Assembly: GCA_045110695.1 (NCBI GenBank)
Contig: JBGCGH010000034.1
Location: forward strand, 6,233 to 70,232
Direction: 5' to 3'
DNA length: 64,000 nucleotides
DNA from: Bdellovibrionales bacterium
GTDB taxonomy: Bacteria > Bdellovibrionota > Bdellovibrionia > Bdellovibrionales > UBA840
Positions 38,092 through 46,187 of this stretch are shown piece after piece. The notes beneath the pieces are model-generated. The model saw only the letters and a program-made list of their open reading frames with translations. It was not told the DNA's origin and did not search any database. Numbering within the stretch: position 1 is the stretch's first letter; every line of letters starts with the position of its first letter. A program made the position numbers and the translations under genes.

Positions 38092-39402
38092 CTAACCTAA
38101 GTTGTCACTCATATCGATTTTAATTTCTGGAAAATCAAGCTGGGTAACAGAAGCATTTTCGGCTCTTTTAATTTTACTGTTTGCAGGACTGAGCTTAGCT
38201 CGCTGCTTGAGCTTACCCACTAAATCACGAGTGATTCGGTTTTGAGGCGGAGTTGATTTTTTTGGAGGAATAATTTCCTTCACAAAAACATCTTGTCCTT
38301 CTCTCATAGTTAAATCTGTAACCGGAATATATTTTTCTAAATGATTGGGTTCGTCCCCAGATAAAACTAATTTATCTATATCCATCTCACTGATGGTTGG
38401 ATCACTAGGAGAGCTAACTGATAATACCTTATCATTAGATAGATTCAATTCAGAATCCTCGGTGAAATCTAAATCTACTAAATCACTCTCAGCAAATTTT
38501 TGTTCCACCCGGTCCATCAGTCGATCTAAAGAGTCTATGGAAGAGTCTTCTTGTTTTAAATCCTTAGAGTTATCAAAATCGAAGCTTTCCCAAGAACTAT
38601 CATCCGTATTTTTCACTTGTTGAATCTCTTCCTTGATTGCATTTCGAACATCTTCGAGGGGCTGAATAAAGGAGCTTACTGCTTGGTTTAACTTTTCTTT
38701 CACTGGAGCAGGTACAATCTCCTTGTATTCATTTTCTTTATCAACGTCACTACATGCCTCTCTAAACTTATCACCCAACTCCTGAAGTCGATCCGTGCTA
38801 ACCTTAGTTTCAGAAAAAATTTCCGTTAGATCCATCTCTGGTAAACCTCTTGTAGAGCCCGGTGAACTCTCTGTCTCCGCTCTATTACTGGAAGCCCATT
38901 TCGGTAATTGGTCCTCTGCAAACATTAGGTTGTCTTTGTTCATTTTTACAATGAAATCTAACTCCGCTGGATCTAGATCAATTTTTTTTGCTATTTCTGA
39001 AGAACTTAACCCATTATTTGCGAGTCTGGCTGCATCAATATACTTCTTAGAGTTCTGTCGCTCCATAATTTCTTCGTGAGGAATTTTATCCTCAAAAATA
39101 CTGGCAACTTCAAGACTCTTTTCCATAGAGTTTTCTACTTTGTTCACATGATCTTGTGCCGTTAAGATGGTTTCCTGGATCTCTTTTTTCTTTCTATCCA
39201 TCAACTTACAGATCTGCTTTACCTGATCGTCTGTTTTGTCTGATAAATCTTCTAAGATAGCGATCTTGGCTTGAAGTAGCTGAAGGCCTTTGGAAAAGCG
39301 AGGGTCCTCTTTAGCCGGGCGTCTAAGACGCATCCATAGAGTTAAAAGTCCTACAAACATAAAAACATTAACAGTGATCTGAACCAACGTAGCAGTGGTC
39401 AT
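38092..39402 (-). CDS. hypothetical membrane-anchored acidic coiled-coil protein (DUF2802-like segment)
   Basis: N-terminal TM. Segment ARLANNGLSSSEIAKKIDLDPAELDFIVKMNK resembles the HTH-like motif of DUF2802 proteins found in flagellar/chemotaxis loci, from memory. Confidence 0.45.
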   Translation of the reverse strand: MTTATLVQITVNVFMFVGLLTLWMRLRRPAKEDPRFSKGLQLLQAKIAILEDLSDKTDDQVKQICKLMDRKKKEIQETILTAQDHVNKVENSMEKSLEVASIFEDKIPHEEIMERQNSKKYIDAARLANNGLSSSEIAKKIDLDPAELDFIVKMNKDNLMFAEDQLPKWASSNRAETESSPGSTRGLPEMDLTEIFSETKVSTDRLQELGDKFREACSDVDKENEYKEIVPAPVKEKLNQAVSSFIQPLEDVRNAIKEEIQQVKNTDDSSWESFDFDNSKDLKQEDSSIDSLDRLMDRVEQKFAESDLVDLDFTEDSELNLSNDKVLSVSSPSDPTISEMDIDKLVLSGDEPNHLEKYIPVTDLTMREGQDVFVKEIIPPKKSTPPQNRITRDLVGKLKQRAKLSPANSKIKRAENASVTQLDFPEIKIDMSDNLG

Positions 39403-39535
39403 TCGGCCTCCTTGCCCAACTATACTCCCTGATAGGATAAGCTAAATAACTGAAAATAGGTAAATATTGCCTAGCATTCAGGACTATACTAGGACTAAAG
39501 GATGGGGCTAAGAGACCTTAAAGCCCCCATCTAAA

Positions 39536-39964
39536 TCATAGTCTACAATTAATGGAATTCACTTTTTTCATATCAATCCGCCCCATGAAAAGACCCTCGG
39601 GATCAATTACCACAGATTTATTCCAAAGTGGCACAGGGTTAAATAAAGTATCGATTTCAGCTGCTACATGCTTATCGGCACCATATAATACACATATTCC
39701 ATCGAGATTAGATGTCGAACTAAAATTCTCCCAGGTGTGGCCACCATCGTAGGATATTTGAGGATCAACCAATCTAAACACTGAATCTGGTAACAAAGCT
39801 AAATCCGATTGACGTACGGATGTACTGAAAAGCGATTGTAATGCCGCAACAACTTCTGCTTTGGATATCTGATCTAATTCTATGCCTTCAGTTCGATCTG
39901 TAGAATAGGATATAGCATGAACCGAGATAGACAGAATTAATAAGGACAGAAATAAATTTATCAA
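39536..39964 (-). CDS. hypothetical secreted protein
   Basis: Signal peptide MINLFLSLLILSISVHA. No family recognised. Confidence 0.45.
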   Translation of the reverse strand: MINLFLSLLILSISVHAISYSTDRTEGIELDQISKAEVVAALQSLFSTSVRQSDLALLPDSVFRLVDPQISYDGGHTWENFSSTSNLDGICVLYGADKHVAAEIDTLFNPVPLWNKSVVIDPEGLFMGRIDMKKVNSINCRL

Positions 39965-39977
39965 TTGAACCTCCCGC

Positions 39978-40628
39978 TCAGTCTAATTCTAATTCTATGC
40001 TGTTAGGTTCCCATTCTACATCGCCGGCGCCTATAAATATGATTTTGCCGTTATCTTCTAAACTGATATAGTTCAAACGAAGACTATTTCGCTCCTGTTG
40101 GTTTATATAGATCAGTAAACTTGATCCTTCTGGTAAAACAAAAGATCCTGTAATTTCTCTAGCTACCTCATTACAAATATCATCTTTGCTGGTACCTTCT
40201 TTAAGATCTGTAAACTTAGATTCAATTTTACAGCCCTCGAATTGTGGCCTATTAGCTGCCGCTAGATCGAAGTTGGAACGATATTTGTTCCTAACACACA
40301 TGGAAACAAACTCTTCTTTTTGTTTGTCGTTAGCGGCAAAGTTTTCTTTCTCAGCCCAAGCATTACAGCTTTTAGTGAAATCAGAATTTGTACAAGCTAT
40401 CCAGCTATTCCATTGATCCAACTCGGAGTTACAAGCTTTGTTAGCGTCACTCGAATTCACTTCCAAGCAAATATTCCTCCATCCCTGGCCGCCTTTAGAA
40501 AAGACAAACTGGTTGATGACGGATTCTTGGTCAACAAATTTTGATAAGGGCTGTTTACACTGCTGGGCCAGATTTGCATTTAAACTAACAAGACCCAAAA
40601 AAACTAAATTAAAAACTAATAATTTCAT
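39978..40628 (-). CDS. hypothetical secreted Cys-rich protein
   Basis: Signal peptide MKLLVFNLVFLGLVSLNA. About 10 Cys in the mature part. Confidence 0.45.
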   Translation of the reverse strand: MKLLVFNLVFLGLVSLNANLAQQCKQPLSKFVDQESVINQFVFSKGGQGWRNICLEVNSSDANKACNSELDQWNSWIACTNSDFTKSCNAWAEKENFAANDKQKEEFVSMCVRNKYRSNFDLAAANRPQFEGCKIESKFTDLKEGTSKDDICNEVAREITGSFVLPEGSSLLIYINQQERNSLRLNYISLEDNGKIIFIGAGDVEWEPNSIELELD

Positions 40629-40689
40629 TTTCTATCCTTTTTTATCTTATAAAAAATAAAAATGATTAAATTAAACAAACGAACCTGAG

Positions 40690-41250
40690 CTAATTCCAAG
40701 GATCTTTTGTAATCTCTATTTTATTGTACTCTTCTTCAGCCAGCTTAAGGATCTCGTCTATTGCATCATCGGATTGAGCTAAAAATTGATCAAAAAGAGT
40801 GGCTATTTTAATATTGAAATCATCTAAAGCTTTATCTAATTCAGCTTGAGGCCTGGGATATGGGATCGATCTATTTTTCACTTCCCAATTCTTTTCAGCT
40901 TCGATCAGCTGGTCACATAAGTCTTCATAAAGAAAAGGGTAGCTCGTATCCTTAGGTAACTCTTCTCGGTGGAAGTAAGTTATTCTTGGGATACCATTTC
41001 CGCCGCAGGTTCGGATATAAGTAAAAGTTCGAGCTTTTTTTAAAGAGCCTCTGGTCTGTAGCTCACCTCTGAGATCAGAAATTTCTTTGGCAGCTTGAAG
41101 AAAATAGGTCGCTTGAAGAGTGGATCTCCTGACTTTGGCTAAGGCTTCTAAATTTTTCTCGATTCGGTTCTTGGTACTGGATGTGACAACATCGGCACTG
41201 TGAAGTTGGGGGAACACCAAAAAAGCTAGTAATACTAATGGACCTCTCAT
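40690..41250 (-). CDS. hypothetical secreted protein
   Basis: Signal peptide MRGPLVLLAFLVFPQLHSA. No family recognised. Confidence 0.45.
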   Translation of the reverse strand: MRGPLVLLAFLVFPQLHSADVVTSSTKNRIEKNLEALAKVRRSTLQATYFLQAAKEISDLRGELQTRGSLKKARTFTYIRTCGGNGIPRITYFHREELPKDTSYPFLYEDLCDQLIEAEKNWEVKNRSIPYPRPQAELDKALDDFNIKIATLFDQFLAQSDDAIDEILKLAEEEYNKIEITKDPWN

Positions 41251-41401
41251 AGAAGCCTCCGTTTTTTAGGATTGTAGTACTATTCAGTAGTTTGAGAGAT
41301 AATAACCATAGTTTTGAGTGATTGTGTGCAAAATCATGATAGTTTGTAAAAAGTCCCCTAGATATCGATTTAGAAAAATAGAATTATAAATAATAGCTAG
41401 A

Positions 41402-41812
41402 TTAAATTTCAAAAAACTCTATCTCGCCCTTGTAGGGCTTCTTTTTGATGGAATTAAGGCGAGAACGCCAATCACCATCATGCAATTCTAGTTGATTCCC
41501 GGAAGGATCAAGAAAATATATAGAAAGACCTTCGGAGGAACCTTTCGTCCATTCTTTGAGCTCACCTCTATCGACCATGGATCGAAATTTAAGAATTTCT
41601 TCTTCGCTTGCTGAAAATGCAATGTGGGATTTTACGTCCTGGGGAATAAATTCTATATCCAGGGCTAGGCAAAACCAGGTATCTCCAGCTAGAAAGTAAG
41701 CCCCTCTTTCTCATTTTAAAATAGGCGTGAACCCCAATACATCTCGGTAAAAGAAGAAGGAATCGTCTAGATCAATACAACTTAAAGTGATGTGATTCAG
41801 TCCCGTAACCAT
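41402..41812 (-). pseudogene. fosA: FosA-family (VOC superfamily) fosfomycin-resistance glutathione-transferase homologue, interrupted by in-frame TGA at codon 34
   Basis: Not in the ORF track. Reverse frame reads MVTGLNHITLSCIDLDDSFFFYRDVLGFTPILK*ERGAYFLAGDTWFCLALD...KSHIAFSASEEE...SEGLSIYFLDPSGNQLELHDGDWRSRLNSIKKKPYKGEIEF. It is colinear with FosA (MLTGLNHLTL...ARW..GAYL..G.LW.CLS...H.AF...SEG.SFYFLDPDGH.LE.H.G....RL......PYAGM.F), including metal ligands His7, His and Glu. The TGA (41713-41711) falls exactly where FosA has Trp. Confidence 0.8.
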
Positions 41813-41818
41813 TGAGGA

Positions 41819-43012
41819 CTACTTCAAACTTGCCACTAGCTCAGCCAACCTATTCATTCCTATTTCAAATCGGTCTTCAGCCAACGCGTAAGAGAAACGT
41901 AAGTAGCCATCCATTCCAAAAGCATTTCCCGGAACACTTGCTACCAAAAAATCCTCTAAAAATATCTCACTAAACCTTTGAGAGTTAACAATTTTCTCAG
42001 CTTTATAGCTTTTGTTAAAAAGAGATTTAATATCAATCCACAAATAGAATGCACCATCTGGATCGGCAAACTCAACTCCATCAATTTTAGAGATCAATGC
42101 TTTTGCCTTTTCCAATCGTGAGCTAAGAATATCAAGAGAGTTTGCGATTTCTTCCTCTGAGTTTTTTAAAGCATGTAGGCTTGCAATCTGTGCAAAACTG
42201 GGGGCGCAACTAACGGATTGGCTTTGAAGCTTGCTCATAGCCGCCATAATATCTTTTGGCCCAAGTGCCCATCCTACTCTCCAACCGGTCATTGAGTAGG
42301 CTTTTGAAGCACCGTTGATACAAATTGTGCGATCCACAAGTTCAGGGGCAACTTCTAATATATGTGGTGCTACCCTGTCTTTAAAATAAAGTAAGTTATA
42401 GATATCATCAGAAATAACTAATAGCTTCGGGTGGTTTTTTAACACTCCTGCTATAACTTGTAGTTCTTCTTTACTATAGGCAAGCCCTGTCGGGTTACTT
42501 GGTGAGTTTAAAAGAACGGCCTTGGTTCTTGAGTTGATAGAAGACTCAAGACCTTCAGCCGTGATTTTAAATCCATCAGATTCTTTGGTTTCTAAAACAA
42601 CGGGTATTCCCTCAGCCAACTTAATCATCTCTGGATAGGAGACCCAATAAGGGGCAGCGAAAACCACTTCGTCACCTGGATCAATTGTGGCCATTAATGC
42701 AGAGTAAATAATAAATTTTGCTCCAGCACTTACTGTTGTGTTGGCCATCTCATATGTCATCCCAAAATTGGCGTTGTAATCATCTGCAATCGCTTTTCTT
42801 AGATCTGGAAGGCCAGAGGCGGGAGCGTATTTCGTTTGGCCAGCCTGGATGGCCTCCACACCGGCTTTCACAGTTCCAGGAAAGGTATTCCAGTCCGGCT
42901 CTCCTACGGTAAGAGATACAACATCCTTACCCTCCGCCTTCATAGCCTTTGCCTTGGCCGCTAAACTTAAAGTAGGTGATGGTTGTATGGATTGGGCTCT
43001 TTTGCTTATCAT
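41819..43012 (-). CDS. class I pyridoxal-phosphate aminotransferase (aspartate aminotransferase-like)
   Basis: GEPDWNTF, NSPSNPTG, SDDIY, GASKAYSMTGWRVGW (PLP Lys), R near the C-terminus. Confidence 0.9.
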   Translation of the reverse strand: MISKRAQSIQPSPTLSLAAKAKAMKAEGKDVVSLTVGEPDWNTFPGTVKAGVEAIQAGQTKYAPASGLPDLRKAIADDYNANFGMTYEMANTTVSAGAKFIIYSALMATIDPGDEVVFAAPYWVSYPEMIKLAEGIPVVLETKESDGFKITAEGLESSINSRTKAVLLNSPSNPTGLAYSKEELQVIAGVLKNHPKLLVISDDIYNLLYFKDRVAPHILEVAPELVDRTICINGASKAYSMTGWRVGWALGPKDIMAAMSKLQSQSVSCAPSFAQIASLHALKNSEEEIANSLDILSSRLEKAKALISKIDGVEFADPDGAFYLWIDIKSLFNKSYKAEKIVNSQRFSEIFLEDFLVASVPGNAFGMDGYLRFSYALAEDRFEIGMNRLAELVASLK

Positions 43013-43026
43013 TGTCGCTCCTGGGA

Positions 43027-43509
43027 CTATACTTTAATTTTTTTAACTAATTCTCGTATTACGTTTTCTGTTACAAACTGAGAGACATCTCCCCCAAGAG
43101 CGAACACCTCTTTTATCAAGCTAGAACTCACAAGATTTAACTCTGGCTTGCTGTAGAGTAGGAGAGTCTCGATTTCTTTATTTAGTCGGTAGTTCATATT
43201 TGCCATATTTTGTTCGTACTCAAAATCCCCTGCTGACCTAACTCCTCGTAAGATAAAGTTTGCGTTCACACCTTTAGCAAACTCTACAGTAAGTCCTTCA
43301 AAGGCTACAACTTCAATATTTTGAAGATGGGTTACGGCCTCTCTGACCATGGTCTGACGTTCTTCAAGGTTAAAAAGATAGCTTTTCTTAGGACTAAAAC
43401 CGACACCTATATAGATCTTGGTAAAAACTCTTGAGAATCTTTCTAGAATATCAATGTGACCTTTTGTTATTGGGTCAAAACTTCCTGGGTAAATAGCGAT
43501 CTCAGACAT
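43027..43509 (-). CDS. coaD: phosphopantetheine adenylyltransferase
   Basis: IYPGSFDPITKGHIDI...RGVRSAGDFEYE...SSSLIKEV. Confidence 0.9.
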   Translation of the reverse strand: MSEIAIYPGSFDPITKGHIDILERFSRVFTKIYIGVGFSPKKSYLFNLEERQTMVREAVTHLQNIEVVAFEGLTVEFAKGVNANFILRGVRSAGDFEYEQNMANMNYRLNKEIETLLLYSKPELNLVSSSLIKEVFALGGDVSQFVTENVIRELVKKIKV

Positions 43510-44062
43510 CCTCGCCCTCCAATTCGAAATAGGAAACTATTTTATCCCCGTATTCCTTTTGCTTATATCTTATTACTGGAGGATATACTTCATCAATCCT
43601 CTCTTTACTACTGGACTCGATCATAACCAAAGTAGAGCTATCCATGACCTGGCTTTTTGAAATAGCCTGCATACTTGCATGAGCAAGTTTTTTTGTAAAT
43701 GGAGGGTCAATAAAGATGATGTCATAAGCATCGCCCGAATATTTTTCCAAATATTGGATTACATCGGATTTTATAACTCTATGTTCCTCTGAATTCAAAG
43801 AAACTAGCTCTGTGTTTTTTCTGATGATTTCTATGGATTTTGGGTTTAGCTCGACGGCCGTTACACTATTAGCACCTCTGGAGAGCGCTTCAATTCCCAA
43901 GTTGCCAGTTCCGGCGTAAAGATCTAGTACTCTTGCCCCATCAAAATAAGGGCTCAAAACGTTGAAAACGCTTTCCTTTACTCTATCCGTTGTTGGACGG
44001 ATATGATCAGCTTTAAAAGACACCAATTGGCGTCCACGAAATTTACCCGCTATGATTCTCAT
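43502..44062 (-). CDS. rsmD: 16S rRNA (guanine966-N2)-methyltransferase
   Basis: MRIIAGKFRGRQL...RPTTDRVKESVFN...DLYAGTGNLGIEALSRGA...DPPF. Confidence 0.85.
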   Translation of the reverse strand: MRIIAGKFRGRQLVSFKADHIRPTTDRVKESVFNVLSPYFDGARVLDLYAGTGNLGIEALSRGANSVTAVELNPKSIEIIRKNTELVSLNSEEHRVIKSDVIQYLEKYSGDAYDIIFIDPPFTKKLAHASMQAISKSQVMDSSTLVMIESSSKERIDEVYPPVIRYKQKEYGDKIVSYFELEGEDV

Positions 44063-44118
44063 TGCGGGCACATTACCTAGGCTGTTTCGGCTTGTAAAGC
44101 TAGACTTCTAAATTAGAA

Positions 44119-44565
44119 CTAAACTGAGCCGTTTATATAGCTAGTTTCTACTTTTCTAATGTAATTCCCCCAGGACTGGAGAGAAGCGCGAAACTCATCA
44201 TCAATAATATCAGCTAACCCGATAAAATCTTCATGGCCAAATGCTTTTAACATGGCATTCAAGGAAAGCTTAAAGCTCATTTCCGTTTCATCCCAAAGAC
44301 CCGATTGAGATCTAGAGGCATTTTTCAATCGTAAATCCTTCTCAGCAACCATTTGCAAAGTATATAAAGCCGCCATCAAACTTTGAGTTACCGACAATTG
44401 CTCGTCAAAAACTTCGCTCGCAGATTTTTTTTCGTTCATTTGATAGGCTTCGACCGTGGCATCTAAATCAGAAATAAGATTTTTACAGAGTTCTTTACCA
44501 GAAGCAAAAGTTTCGATTATTTCCTTTTTTACATCGCTCTGCTCATTTACTAAGTTCTGTTCCAT
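44119..44565 (-). CDS. hypothetical helical protein, last gene of the sigma-54 TPR/GT9 operon
   Basis: Overlaps the upstream GT9 gene by 23 nt. No family recognised. Confidence 0.45.
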   Translation of the reverse strand: MEQNLVNEQSDVKKEIIETFASGKELCKNLISDLDATVEAYQMNEKKSASEVFDEQLSVTQSLMAALYTLQMVAEKDLRLKNASRSQSGLWDETEMSFKLSLNAMLKAFGHEDFIGLADIIDDEFRASLQSWGNYIRKVETSYINGSV

Positions 44566-46042
44566 CTCTTACTTCCTTTTCCGTTTCAATATCTAAGTCT
44601 TCACCTAGATATATGGAGTTAATTTTTGCTAGGTTTTCATGTATCTGAGTATAGGCTTCTACAATCTGCTCTTTGTTACCGGGCCCCACTCTCAACTTTT
44701 CTGTTTGATACCAGGAAACCAAAGGTTGTAGTTCAGGAACCATATCCACTAAGTTATCAACTAAATCATCCACTCGATCTAAAATCATACGATTGGATTC
44801 ACTATCTTCCACCTTTAAGATTTGCAATAACTGCTGAACAGCAATCACGTTCAATTCTTGAAGCTGGTTTAAACCCTCTACGAACCTAATGTCGTTTGGA
44901 ACAGGAAAATCCGTACCTAGATATATGGCTCTCACCAAGTTCCAACCAAAATCATCTGAGCTCTCTTGGGCAGTAATATATAGCTCCGTGGGTTGATCCA
45001 ACACAGCCACTCGGTCCGTGGGTACATCATTACTTAAGTGCCCAAGGATTTCCTCAACAATAGTATCTGATCCAATATCATCAAAACTCTTCCCAAAAAG
45101 TATACGGGAATTTTCTGCCTTTGGTCCCGTTTCAAAAAAGTTAACGTAGGAGTTACTTAAGTTGAAGCTTCTCACGTTCTCCATACTAGCGATATGGAGA
45201 GGGCCAGAATCACAGCCAATATAGAGCTCAGCATTACGAATCAAAGGAAATAGATCTAGCAGATCCGTTTTACCCACTAGATTTATGATAGAATCAGACA
45301 TGGATTGAAGGTAAATATAGTCTGCAATCTCTTTTTCTTCCGGAGAACCAACTAAAGCCACTCTTCCTTTGTAAGAGTTTTTTAACCTATTAACTACAGA
45401 TACCCATTTCTCTTTTGATAAAGCTTTACCTGAATCACTCGCACCTACATGAATAACCAAGTAAGGGTCTGAGCTTAAATAGCTTTGAATCATTTCTGGA
45501 AGGTCATGTTCAAACTCCAAGCGATAGTCACTAGATTGCAGGGCAACACCTGCAACCTCAGAAAATAAATCCATTAGATGAAAACGATTCTGTCTAGAGA
45601 TGCCCACCTGTGCGTAAAAATAGGCTGAAGCATCGTCAGGAATCTTAAGAAACCCATCATCAAATCTTGTATAGCCAGAAACAATCGTTTGTTCGTTTGA
45701 AATACAGCTAACTAAGAAGGAACTTGCCGGTGAGAAGCTCAAATTTATGACCTTATCATAAGTGCCATTTAGTTGATCCAATACATCAGATAATGCACTT
45801 TCTGCCTGCTCTAAAGATTCATCTATACTGTTGTCTTCGTTCAAAAGTGGCTCGAAATACTTTTTAGAATCCCATTCCATTACATTTACCAAGTTTTCAA
45901 TAGGCTTACAGGCGGCTCTAAATCTCGGGCGAACCATGAGGTCGATTTCAGCCTCAGGATTTTCACGCCTTAAAGCTTGAATACTAGGGTAAGTTGTAAT
46001 TATATCCCCTAATCTAGCGAGTTGGACGATTAAAATTCTCAT
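44543..46042 (-). CDS. GT9-family (heptosyltransferase-type, GT-B) glycosyltransferase with ~170-aa C-terminal helical extension
   Basis: N-terminus MRILIVQLARLGDIITTYPSIQALRR. C-domain motif LYIGCDSGPLHIASM (GT9 D-S-G-x-x-H). Extension beyond about aa 330. Confidence 0.7.
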   Translation of the reverse strand: MRILIVQLARLGDIITTYPSIQALRRENPEAEIDLMVRPRFRAACKPIENLVNVMEWDSKKYFEPLLNEDNSIDESLEQAESALSDVLDQLNGTYDKVINLSFSPASSFLVSCISNEQTIVSGYTRFDDGFLKIPDDASAYFYAQVGISRQNRFHLMDLFSEVAGVALQSSDYRLEFEHDLPEMIQSYLSSDPYLVIHVGASDSGKALSKEKWVSVVNRLKNSYKGRVALVGSPEEKEIADYIYLQSMSDSIINLVGKTDLLDLFPLIRNAELYIGCDSGPLHIASMENVRSFNLSNSYVNFFETGPKAENSRILFGKSFDDIGSDTIVEEILGHLSNDVPTDRVAVLDQPTELYITAQESSDDFGWNLVRAIYLGTDFPVPNDIRFVEGLNQLQELNVIAVQQLLQILKVEDSESNRMILDRVDDLVDNLVDMVPELQPLVSWYQTEKLRVGPGNKEQIVEAYTQIHENLAKINSIYLGEDLDIETEKEVRDGTELSK

Positions 46043-46187
46043 TTGGCATCTGCTCCTTAATTAATTCTTTTAATAGTAAAAGTCTTTTGGCTCTTTGGTT
46101 CACACCACTGGCTATAATTTCTCTTTTGGTTGTGTCATTCACCTGATCAAACAATCTATTCAACCTGTGCTTTGCTTCAGAATTCAT
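46014..46187 (-). CDS. possible small ORF (57 aa) translationally coupled between the two GT9-like genes
   Basis: ATG shares an ATGA overlap with the stop of the 532-aa gene (46184-46187). Reads MNSEAKHRLNRLFDQVNDTTKREIIASGVNQRAKRLLLLKELIKEQ... and overlaps the next gene start by 29 nt. Below the ORF-track size cut-off. Confidence 0.3.
   Translation of the reverse strand: MNSEAKHRLNRLFDQVNDTTKREIIASGVNQRAKRLLLLKELIKEQMPNENFNRPTR

Noticed and set aside
41711-41713. TGA read as Trp genome-wide (genetic code 4) as the explanation for the fosA-like stop
   Set aside because: TGA terminates several well-supported genes here (e.g. 10695-10697, 11636-11638, 21480-21482, 29926-29928). No other conserved gene needs TGA=Trp to stay open.
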